Source: Camelus ferus (Eukaryota). From it: a stretch of 64,000 bases of DNA. Under the pieces are notes generated by a model. That model saw nothing but the letters and a program-made list of their open reading frames with translations, searched no databases and was not told the DNA's origin. Both the position numbers and the translations under genes were made by a program. The stretch lies in NCBI RefSeq assembly GCF_009834535.1, contig NC_045724.1, positions 16,306,001 through 16,370,000 on the forward strand, given 5' to 3'. Below, piece by piece: positions 10,501 through 22,567 of this stretch. The number at the start of each line of letters is the position of its first letter. Positions within the stretch are counted from its first letter, which is position 1.

Positions 10501-13500
10501 GTGCCCACTGGCGCTGCTGTGTGAGGCTGAGGTGCGCACGCTGTACCACCAACCTGTTATCTGGAAACAAAGAGGGCTCTGAGATACGCCTAACAGCTTC
10601 AAGAAAGACAGAGCAGCCCTCCTCAGTGTCCCTGTCAGCAAGAGGGGAAAAAGGCTAAGTAAGGAAGGGAGAGAATCAACCACCACGGGGCTACCCAACC
10701 AAATCTGGGCGATTACCTGTTCGTAAGAGAGGCACTGGTCAGTGAGGATCTCCAACAAGGGGGCAGCGTTGCTGTCCCTCCGCTTGAACATCTCCCGCAC
10801 GATGCTGAGCAAGTTCCAGACACCCTCTGGCTCTCGGCCCCTCAGAGGGCGCAGCAGACATGCCCATTCTGCAGCAGCCGGAGGCTCCGTGGAAGACAGA
10901 TACATGGAGTTCACGTCACTGGGAAAGTCACAGAGCGGAAAATGACGACCCTAAGATGGGGCTGAATAAAGCAGGTGAAAGAGCAACAGGACTTTGACAC
11001 AAAAGGGGTCCTGACCCAAAATACAGAGTACAGGGGAAATAGTGTGTCCGGACAAAAATTCTTCATCTCTCTCTGCCTCAGTCTGCTGATCACTCAAAGG
11101 AAGAAAACTAACTCCTGCTCTACCTAAGGACAAACCCCTCTGTGACTATAAAATATCATCATCCACTGGTTTCACTAGTGACATCTCCTGTGTGCCAGGC
11201 CCTGGAACAGTGCAGGGACTACAAAGTGGAAGATGCAGGCATTAACAGAACCAAGGATCTGTCAACAACCTGAGGCACACTCCCCCCTCCACCACAGACA
11301 CCGTACGTGGAGGCCTCGTTTACCTGAAGACCACAGGAGAGGGGCCGCAGAACTTGTGTAGCGTCTTCTTGATGTTGTCAGTGAGTGTTGACTCATCCAA
11401 ATACCAAGTACTCTGGTCGGAGGCCGAGGGCCCTGCTGTGGGGTCTGGGGGTGACAGGCAGTCAGTCACCTAGAGATGGGGCTCAGGTCCACCTTCAGTA
11501 AGCGGCACCCTGAACTCCCAGCTTGCTCTCCTGCTGCCCTTCCTTCTCACCACACTCACCTGGGGCTCCACACACTGTATTGATGGCTGTTGACTGGGAG
11601 GAGAGGAGTTCATCCAGGAGACGCTGGGCTGTGGGGAGGATCTGAGGGGGAAAGGGACACAAAGGTGTAAGTCACCCAAGGAGGCCTAGGCCTAACAGGA
11701 AGGCTGATTCGCTGCCCTGGAGCTAGCTGGAGGAGGGCGTGCCAACTTCACTCACCTGTTGAGGCAGCTCACTGATGAGGTACTGAGCAAACTTCTGCAG
11801 CTGGTCCCTCTGTAGCCGCGACAAGGACTCTGACACTGGGGCCCGGAGGCAGACTGCAGAAGCCTGAAGGGAACAGCAAGAGAAATGCAACGATCTGAGA
11901 AAAGGCCTGCTGACACTGGAGCCAGGGATAGGGAGGCAGGTAGGGGAGGCGAGGGGGCTCACAATGCAGCCAGGCATGCAGCAGAGGAGGGGGGTGGAGC
12001 GGAGGANNNNNNNNNNNNNNNNNNNNNNNNNNNNNNNNNNNNNNNNNNNNNNNNNNNNNNNNNNNNNNNNNNNNNNNNNNNNNNNNNNNNNNNNNNNNNN
12101 NNNNNNNNNNNNNNNNNNNNNNNNNNNNNNNNNNNNNNNNNNNNNNNNNNNNNNNNNNNNNNNNNNNNNNNNNNNNNNNNNNNNNNNNNNNNNNNNNNNN
12201 NNNNNNNNNNNNNNNNNNNNNNNNNNNNNNNNNNGGGAGAGCTGCCAAGACAAAGGTCTCTGCCTTTGACTTTGGCCCTGGAGTTATTCAGACAACCTGC
12301 TCCATCTTCTTACAGTAGTTCCTTAATTCCTAACACAGGGGACGGGAGGAGCAGGAAGCACCACAGGGTGTGATGAGACCCTTACCTATCTGTAGGGGAT
12401 CCTTCACAGCTCTCATGCGGAACAGCTGATCCCCTCGCTGGAACTCATCTGCACTGCCGTTGGCCAGGCAGGAATATAGTCTGGGAGGGAAGAAGAGGAC
12501 GCAGCCACAATGCAGCAAATAACCTTCTATAGAGCCTGTCAGAGACCACAATGCTCTGGGCACTCTCTCCCCAGTGTCACTCCCTCTTGGGGACAATCCC
12601 AGACACTTCCTCCTCCCCCTGTCATCTCTTACCACAGCCCCAAATACAGTATCTCCTTTGTTCTGTGGGAATCCCAGCACACAGTGTGGAATATCAGGAC
12701 CCTACTCCCCACCGTCAGTCCTGGAGCCTCACCGAATATCCTCTTCATTCTCAGGGAAGCTCCAAAAAGCAATTCGGAGCTGTAGCTGCTCGGGTACTGG
12801 CGGGTAAACTTTCTCCACCACTTCAAATGGGATGTGAAATGCCACCTGCTTTGCTGACAACTCCACCAATGGGATCACCAGTCCATCTTTGGAAACAAAG
12901 GTTGAGGTGAGCAGAAAGATAAGGGGAAATGAAAAGGGCCATGATTACTTGGCATCAATGCCAGTGCCATTCTTGAGTCCCACCTTCACCAAGAAAGAAA
13001 GGGGAGATCTGGGTGAAAAACCAAGGACTCTCCTGTCGGGGTACACTCACCCTTAAGATTCCGTCTGGGGAAGGGTAGCTAAACAATCCCCAGGCCACAC
13101 TGTTACCTAAGGTCTAGAATAGAAGATACCAGGGATATCACAGAAACTCCAGGTCAAACAGGTATATCCCAAGATCCTAGCAAGTAACAAGTCTCACCTG
13201 GCTTGGCAATTAATTTCCCATATACTTGGCACTTCAGATTTGTATTATGTTGTTAATCTCTCTCCCCTAGCATTCTCTTCTCTAATTGCTTTTTTTGTTT
13301 GTTTACCATCCCTTTTTCTCCAGATGACTCCATGCCTCTATCTAAGGAGGGAAGATAAGCCAGAGCCCTGAAGAGTTAAAAGAAGTATCTCCAGAAGCAC
13401 CTTACATTGGCACACCTGAACCATGGCTTCCCACAACAGAAGCCTTGGGGTCAGGGGAGAGGATAGGTTATCCCAAGGAAACCTAGCTGCTGCTCCTGGG

Positions 13501-15272
13501 ATCACCTGGAGTAGAATGGAGTTACCACTCAAAGTTTCCCACACTGTTTTAATCAAAAAGCCATGAAACAGACTGCATATTTCACCAAATTGCGAGTCAG
13601 ATTAAAAGACAGATTAGAAAATTATGGAGCTGAAAGGGACCTTCCCCCTGCCCCCCAAAAAGTTAATCTCTTTATTTTACAAGTGAGAAACTGTGGGGGT
13701 AGGGGGTAGGCATTGTGGGGAAATGACATGGTTTCCAGATTTCAACCTGTTCAGGAAGATACCCGTATGTTAAAAGTCACCAAAATCTTCAGTTACTTCC
13801 CTTAAACTGAGGGAGCTCTAAACTCCAAGATTATCTACACATGCAAATATGAAAGAAGTAAAAAGGCCATAGAAAGAAGTAAAAAGGCCATAGAAAACTC
13901 ACAGGGAAACCGCCTAAGGGTGTATGTGTGTGTGTGTGTGTGTGTGTGTACACGTACATACGTACGTACACACGTACACAGGGCATATGCTCTCTCTCCA
14001 AAGTTGAATACTACGTGTGTGTGTGTACACGTACGTATGTACGTACACACGTACACAGGGCATATGCTCTCTCTCCAAAGTTGAATACTATCACTCTTAA
14101 ATGATGACATAAATCAGTTTCTCTCTGCAGGGCAATCTGGAAAACAGGACCCTTAAAAAATGGCCAGAGTAGAATCACAAATTAAACCCCTCAACTTCCC
14201 ATAAAGCCCAGGACAAAAACTGCCCTGAGGAAGGCAGGGAAATAACACGGTGAGTCCTGAGCCTATGGGGCTTCTCTTTATTATCACTCTCCTCTCCCTC
14301 CTCTTTAATAAAAGCAAAATTCTTCACAGCACTAATCAGCTAATCCACTGAAAGACCCGAGGATGAAAGAAACTCAAGAGAGAAGCTGGATGAGTGTTTC
14401 ATGAGACTCCAGGGACAAGTACCCATACTCTTCCCCAGGCTCCAGATGATAGAAATCTAAGGCTCTAATACAGTAGCCCCAGCCTTGGCTTCTCACAGAT
14501 GTTCAATATGGCCAGGAACCAAGCTTCTGATCTAAATCTAAATCTATGTGACATCTCCTCTCATAGGGCCACTTCACCTCCACTTTCCTCTGGCTAGAAT
14601 CCCTTTTTTGGTGCAACTGGCATCAGAGATTATCACCTTGAATCAAGAAGCTCCCAATGCTTGCAACGGGGTGACACACCTCAAGTGTTCACGTCTTCAC
14701 AATCCGACCCCTACCCACATTCTCTTCCATTTTCTGGCCTGCCTCAGGCTGAACTCGGTAAGTATTCCCCAAGTCAGAGTGGGAATTTTTCTCCTCTATC
14801 CCAACTCTAAGGCAAATGAACGACAAGAGATCAGTTTTCTGTCGCTAATCCTATCCAACCCAGGATTTCCCAGCCATCACACCAACACACACACATACAC
14901 ACCAGTGCGGAGAAACCAGCCCCAAGAAGACCGGAAAAGCGAGTCTTGAAGTCTGTTCTAAGCTTGGGACAGCTCCTGGTCCGGGGCAGCCCCGGAGCAG
15001 GGACAGCTCTCGAGCAAGGCCGAAGCACGGCCTGCCTGCTCCCCTNNNNNNNNNNNNNNNNNNNNNNNNNNNNNNNNNNNNNNNNNNNNNNNNNNNNNNN
15101 NNNNNNNNNNNNNNNNNNNNNNNNNNNNNNNNNNNNNNNNNNNNNNNNNNNNNNNNNNNNNNNNNNNNNNNNNNNNNNNNNNNNNNNNNNNNNNNNNNNN
15201 NTCCTCAAAGCGGTCCGAATCCTCGAAAGAGAAGCGCTCTCCGTCCTCCCACTCCGCGAACATCAGCTCCAT
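1592..15272 (-). CDS. ZSWIM8: Zinc finger SWIM-type containing 8; Cullin-RING E3 ligase substrate receptor for target-directed miRNA degradation
   Basis: ATG at 15272 (MELMFAEWEDGERFSFEDSDRFE), TGA at 1592-1594 (...ELWQRVSLEMTTFSP). Visible exons: e1 15272-(N), e2 12733-12886, e3 12386-12480, e4 inside N-run 12007-12234, e5 11756-11863, e6 11560-11641, e7 11324-11444, e8 10717-10918, e9 10385-10560, e10 9052-10045, e11 8148-8279, e12 7833-8012, e13 7547-7730, e14 7225-7323, e15 6526-6650, e16 6067-(N), e17 5570-5728, e18 5235-5464, e19 5040-(N), e20 4371-4594, e21 3345-3830, e22 2918-3101 (mostly N), e23 2638-2814, e24 inside N-run 2329-2492, e25 (N)-1921, e26 1592-1795. All checkable junctions are in phase except e18/e19 (see findings). 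Confidence 0.97.
6130..6305 (+). mobile_element. L2 3' fragment
   Basis: CTTCCTCCTCAGGAAGGCTTCCC...CTCAATAAATATT-like...GAATGAATGAGTGAG tail. Confidence 0.55.
8350..8960 (-). mobile_element. L2 fragment in ZSWIM8 intron 10
   Basis: Reverse L2-like phrases (CACTTTTATCCTAAGGGCAATGAAAACCACTGAAGAGTTT). Confidence 0.55.
13851..13896. repeat. Perfect 21-bp tandem duplication
   Basis: GAAAGAAGTAAAAAGGCCATA at 13851-13871 and 13872-13892. Confidence 0.95.
13921..14090. repeat. (TG)n microsatellite followed by a 77-bp tandem duplication
   Basis: Copies at 13937-14013 and 14014-14090, identical except for two positions. Confidence 0.95.
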
Positions 15273-15930
15273 GGGGCCCGCACCTCCCGGGGCCGGGTCC
15301 CCCCCCGCGGATCCGCGGCCCGGGCCGCCGGCCGGGGGCTGAGGGGAGGCCCGGGGCCTGAGAGGCGAGCCGGGGCTGGGGGTGGCCGGGGCGCTCAGGG
15401 CTGCCGTGCCGGGCGAGGAGCTCAGGTCTGAAAGAGATACGGGACGGGACCTCGCCCAAGTACGAAGTGTGAACGGGAATCGTGGCCAGTCTCCGAGACT
15501 CCGGGCCCGGACGAAGCGCTCGGCAACCGGGGCCTCTCGGCGGCTGCGGCGCCGCCTCCCCCATCAGCTGATCTGAACTTCCGGCCGCGCCGGCCACCAC
15601 CACTTCCGCCCTCGCGCGCTGGGGAACCGGTCCCGGTAGGCGCGGATATAAGGGGCCGGCTTGTTTAACTGCTATATTTCCTGCTTTTTTCTCGAGCCTA
15701 GCCCTAGATACCATAAGAGGAATGCAACCAACACAAGTAGACGAAATGACTACAGATCCCAACATAACTCGGCGTCCATAATGTCCTCAAGGGATAAACA
15801 GCCGCTACGCATGCCGGGAATCGTAGGCTGTCAAGAGACAAACGTAGGAACCATTGGGTGGAGTTACTGTCCTAACTCCGGATAGGCCCCGGGGCCGCGT
15901 TACCTCCTGGGAACTGTAGTCCAGAAGCCT
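14980..15930 (-). promoter_or_regulatory. ZSWIM8: ZSWIM8 CpG-island promoter and 5' UTR with ETS and ZNF143/SBS-like motifs
   Basis: Very CpG-rich sequence around exon 1. ACTTCCGG at 15577-15584 and CACTTCCG at 15601-15608. ACTACAnnTCCC-type motifs at 15749-15765 (+), 15809-15828 (-) and 15904-15922 (-). Confidence 0.8.
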
Positions 15931-17415
15931 GCATTCCAGGAGACTTTTTATAGGGTCTAATTGGCAAAACATCGGTTAAAGGAGGCATTTAATTTCAGGA
16001 GATGGTTGTACTGTTTGTCAGTGGGGCCTTTTAGTCTAGGATTTCTTGGCCTTTTTTTGTGCCATGGGCCGTTTAGCAGCCTGATGAAACCCCTGGACCC
16101 CTTTCTCAGATTGTTTATAAATAAACAAAATAATTACAAAGGAAACCGATTATGTTGAAATACAATGATAAAATACTAATAAAACAAATTTGCAACAAAG
16201 TAGTACTTCTTTATTTTCAAATGAAATAAGATCCCAGTAGCAAGTGTAATAACTACCAAACTTTGAAGATAGTGATGAGTATAAGTGACGAGACATCTGT
16301 AATGAACCATTATATATAAAAAATTGTGATTTCATATAGGTGTTGCTAATAATACTGGGGTTTGTTTCCACAGTCCTAACTGAAATGTTCGATTACAGTT
16401 GTAGTTTAAATTTTTTTCCCATACATGTTCACAGACCTCTTACTGGGAGTTTCCATTGACAGAAAGTAGGCTAGTCCAAAGCATCTAAGCACTGAGCTTC
16501 TTCTTAACAGTGAACAGCCTCAGCCTGCAGAACCAGGCAAGTGCCCGGTGTTCCACCAGTGGGGTATGAGGGAGAGGTAGCTGTGGGGTGGTCAAGGAGG
16601 CAAGACTTCTTTATCTCAATAATTATCCCCCTGGAGCTTTAAAATGCCCACATATCCCTTTGTCCATTTAATGCTCTAAAGTACGTAGAAAAGGTTGAGT
16701 TATGCCTGAAAGGGCACACATAAAATGCTAAACAACTGTTTCTAATATAAGGGGGTCACAAAAGTAAATACCTTCAGCAAATAGGTAGGTAACTTGATGA
16801 GAAAGGTAAATAGGTGATACAGAAAGATAACTGCCAATTACATCTTAGTCTCACTATTTGGAAGAGTCCTGTGGCCAGGTCCCTGGGGAGTGGAGACAAA
16901 TGATAAGCAGCTCTATTTGAGAAGAGTTTATTTCCATGTGGGATTAAGAAACTAGGGTTGCCAGATCTTTTGATTTTTTTTAAGAAAAACTAAAAAGTGG
17001 ATTTTTATGACATTTTTCCTATTTTTAAATGTGGGCAGCTATTTTAAAAACTATTTAACTGTGTAGGCCAAATAAAATACATCTGCATCACCTTCAAGTC
17101 ACCAGTTTGTGAACTTCCAATTATTCTGGCAGCTCCTTGTACTGGCTATGGACAAAACACATAGTCACTAAATACTTACAGATGATGGCAAGAAACTATA
17201 TAGAGTTTTTTGTTTTTTGTTTTTAACATCCTTTAGTGCATTCAAAAGCAAGAGCACTAAACGGTATAAAGGACTTCAAATGCAGAACAAAAGTTTCTAT
17301 CCAGCTCCTGGTGCAAACCAGGGAGCAAAGACCTTTCAGAGTGTAGGGTGGATACAGGGTTGAACTATGGAGAGCACCTAATCCACAACAAAAGGCCAAG
17401 TTCTCGTCAGAGGAT

Positions 17416-17421
17416 TTTATT
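17416..17421 (-). terminator. CHCHD1: Candidate CHCHD1 polyadenylation signal
   Basis: TTTATT on + (AATAAA on -) about 157 nt past the stop. A distal one lies at 16210-16215. Confidence 0.5.
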
Positions 17422-17577
17422 TCGATATAAAGATATCGAATAATGATTCCAAAGGGGGGGAAAAAGTTTGCCTCCTTCTACTCTTCAAAGAGAGCACAAC
17501 AGTGCAAATATCTCTAAAACGCCTATGCATAGTTCTCAGAAGCTACAGTCCAGTCATTGAAAATCCTTCTTCATTTT

Positions 17578-18900
<1,323 letters not shown>

Positions 18901-19434
18901 GGGCCTTGAAGTCTTGGGGCAGTTACTGGCCGGGGACACCCAGGAAAGAGCCACGATAGATGGACACTGGTTTCGGGTGAGCTGGTTGGATTAGATAGTG
19001 ATTGACATAGTCACGGGCAGGGGATGGGAGCTAATCAAAATATGAGACTTTAAGATGCTAAGTTGGGAATGATTTTAGTAAACCTTCAAGAGCTGTTTAA
19101 GCACTTCTGAATTCATCATCGTTTTACTTAATTCCCTCCCCAATCCTCTGAAGGTACTTAGTATTATTCCAATTTATAGACTCGGCCCTTCAGTTGTGAT
19201 GCCTAGCTTTAATCCAAACTCTGTTCTAAGTGACTTTTAGTTGTTGACAAAACCCACACCAAAGATGTACCACTGATTCTAAAGGCATTTACACACAAGC
19301 TCCAAGAAATGTTTGGGGTAATGTAAGGACAACTTGGACAAGCTTGTAGTTCCTAAGATGACTGCTTCGGAGGAGCAATATTTATTTGGTTGTGTAAATT
19401 TGGTGTGCTAAAATCATTTATCACAAATGTTCGG

Positions 19435-19715
19435 GATCTTCCCATGGATCTCTGCATGACTAGTTCCTTTTCTTGTTGAGTCTCATTTCATGTCAGACAG
19501 GACTTCCCTGACTTACATCCAAACCACCATCAACCTGTTATTTTCTTCATAGCACCTATCACAGTCTGGATTATCTTGTTCACTTATTGTTTGTTTATGG
19601 CCTTATACCCAACACCCATTTAAAATGTAAGCACCATGAAAGAAGGGGCTTTGTCTTGTTCAGTGCTGAATCCCCAGTGCCTAGAGTAGTGCCAATAAAT
19701 ACATGTTAAATGAAC
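19435..19715 (+). mobile_element. L2 3' end
   Basis: CATAGCACCTATCACAGTCTGG...TGTAAGCACCATGAAAG...TGCTGAATCCCCAGTGCCTAGA...AATAAATAC. Confidence 0.7.
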
Positions 19716-22567
19716 AATGTTTGAAATATTTTTGCAAGTCTCTAACTTTACTACATTCACCGTGGAAATAAAACCAAGCAGAAGACGTGGTTTAAGAAGA
19801 AGCCATTTATTACACAAAATGAAACCTGAGATAATAGAAAATAGCAACACTTGGGAATAATAAAGGCATCAGCCCCATGCTCCATCCCCTACTCCAACAC
19901 CACAAATAAAGCTGATTGCTATCAGACACTTCTACCACCAATAACCCCAAGCCCGCTGCTGTAAACAGAGCAGGCTGGGCCCCAAACCAGAGAAAATTCA
20001 CACTGCTTGCTTTCTCCATAGAGAGAGTGAAGCCTTTAGTTGGATAACCATATGTCTATTCCTGGTTCTCCTTTCCCTTGTGGTGCCCAGTTTGTCCTGT
20101 TTTTTTTTGTAAATACTTTTATGGTAATAGGAATAAAGGAGAAAGTCTGGGAAGCACTGACCACAAAGCAGGCATGAGTCTCCCAACCACAGTCATTCAT
20201 GAACAACTGGCCCACTTTGTACATAAAAGCGTTCAAGTAATGCCAGTGTGAACTAGTATAATTAGACAGGAAATGTAAGGATGATTCTACACCTTGCATA
20301 ACTATCACTTACCCTTTTTATTGCACATAATGAAATTTGACTCCTAACTTTAGTTTGCACTTGGGTAATATGTATTTTGCACTATATGTATATCAGTATC
20401 TGCATTTAAACAGATTGCAAGCTTGAAATCTGAGTCCTGGATTGGGCTTTTTTTCTAAGAGTCACTGCTATATCAAATTTTAACATAAATATTTTTGAAG
20501 GTCTGTCTTTCCCTCTTGTTCTTTTCTGCAAAAGTCCAAACTGGTTAAGCAAACTTTCCATGTTGTTATGAGGGCATTTTTTATTAAAATGAAAAAAGAA
20601 CCACCCTGGCAGTGAAACCCAGCCTAAATTATAGCTTTCCCTGGCCATATCTTTAGATGTCACAATAAGTGTGGGACCCTAGTTGTTGAAGTATCTATAA
20701 ATATATATATGAAGCACCCCATATATAAAATAAAATATTTATTGTGAAGTCTGTTGCAGAATTTCCATTTTGGAGGATATTATATAGTTTCATGTTAGCC
20801 TAAAATTGTAAATTCTCCATAGATCTTCACCCAATTCAAAGCAGGTATGATTATTTTTTAAAATAAACACTTGATGTTGGCTTTGATGTTAAATAAAGAG
20901 TTAGATTTCTTAAAGTTAAAAACAAACTGGTACATCACACACAGAACAGCTTAGCAGTCTGCTCAAAATATTAAAAACAAAACCTTACAGAAGGATAAGG
21001 CTCAACTGTACATAATCTGCAATAAGGTCATAATATTCATCTTCCTCTTCAGTCTTTACAACTGTATGGTTATCAATTAATGTGTGTGTGTATATATATA
21101 TACGTAAATACACACACACTAATTTAAACCAGACATTGATAAGCTATGGAACTTCTCTAGTGATAATTTATTAATACATTACAACCAGGGTAGTTCTAAG
21201 AGCCAAGGTATTCTTTCTTGCTCCACTGTCCCAGAAAAAGCAAATGGTTCCCCTGCCCATTAAGCTGTATGTTTAAACCACAGCAATAGAAGGGATTGGC
21301 TACATCCCCAGATCTAACAGCTTGTACTTAGCTAAGCCACTTGGGGTGGCTTAACTTCTCTTGCCTCGCCTCTCATTCCCCTTGAGCTTAGGGCGTTGGG
21401 TGGACTCCATCAAAATGCAATGTCAGTACTATAAAGTTGTGCAGAAGGACATCAGTAATAGAATGAATGAAGTTGGAATATTTATCCCACTTAAAGTGGA
21501 AAGTGCCACAGAATATTATGAGATAATTACTAGAGCTATACTGCTGGGCTTTTTTCCCACTATAATTTTCATGATTTCTGGGAGGAAATGGGACTTGTGT
21601 AGCATATAAAAATAATAAAATACAAGAGTTCATTGGGTAGACAGAAGAGAACAGAGACCTCTAACAATCTGCATTTTGATTCACATTGGACTATTTTAAC
21701 ATTTCAAAATCTTTATAGCTTTGTCTTCACCCTAGCCGAAAATGGAGCAGGACAATTCATTAAACTGACGTGACTTTCATTAGCCACTTAATCTTTCTAT
21801 TCATGAGGTGAGAAGGAATTCCCAATATGCCCTAGATAAGAAACATACCAGCAGTAAGAAAAGTTGTCAAATTTATAGCCACTTTAATACAGTGGAGAGT
21901 GAATGTGGGAATGGTGGCAAGGCTGCTCCATCTCCATCAGGAATTGTGAAAAACCAGGAAAGAAAAAGCCATTTTAAAATAAAAAGGTTGACATGAAAGG
22001 CAAAGTAAAGGATATATATATAAAAAAAAAAAAACACAACTCCAGAGAACCAGAATATAACCCACCAGTTTTGCTTCACCACCAACATAATAGTTTATAA
22101 AGCAAGAGATGAGGAAAAGAGATAGGAAAGGTACTGAATGATGAGTGGTTTAAAGAATAGCATAGAAGTTTTAAGACCCTAAACCTGGCCCATCTTACCT
22201 CACTCACAGCCAAATGCTAAGGTGTTGTCCCAATCATGACTGAGGATGAAATAGTTAGAAAAATAAACAGTTCTTTAAAAATTCTGCTGATCAGCACCTT
22301 GAATCAGATGGGTGTTTCAGGCTTCTGGTTCCCACTAAACCAAGAACTGAGATGCCTCCATCACTCCTTCAGGAGAGGCCCTATTACCATAGGCTCAGAT
22401 CTTGGCTACACATCATTACAATAACATGTCAGTGGATGTAACTGCTATTTCTTGAATTCATGGTAAGACAGTGTTCCTCACGGGTTTGTGCAGCAGATAC
22501 CCTTCATGTCCCATGGTAAGATAAGGACTTCCATCTCCTTAGTTCTATCAAGTTCTTGCAAGAGTAA

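Noticed and set aside
12007-12234. Apparent absence of the SWIM zinc-finger exon (and exon 24) from ZSWIM8
   Set aside because: Both positions are N-runs long enough to hold the expected exons, and a pyrimidine tract abuts the 12234 edge. This is missing data, not exon loss.
13851-14090. CRISPR-like or other prokaryotic repeat array
   Set aside because: Eukaryotic intron with two-copy direct duplications and no unique spacers or cas genes.
16272-16383. TGATGA...CTGA pair suggesting a C/D snoRNA
   Set aside because: Intergenic, no terminal stem and no recognisable guide; such motifs occur by chance in AT-rich DNA.
21076-21125. Inverted repeat (TG)n...(CA)n in the FUT11 3' region
   Set aside because: Explained by adjacent complementary microsatellite tracts, with no further sign of a functional structure.
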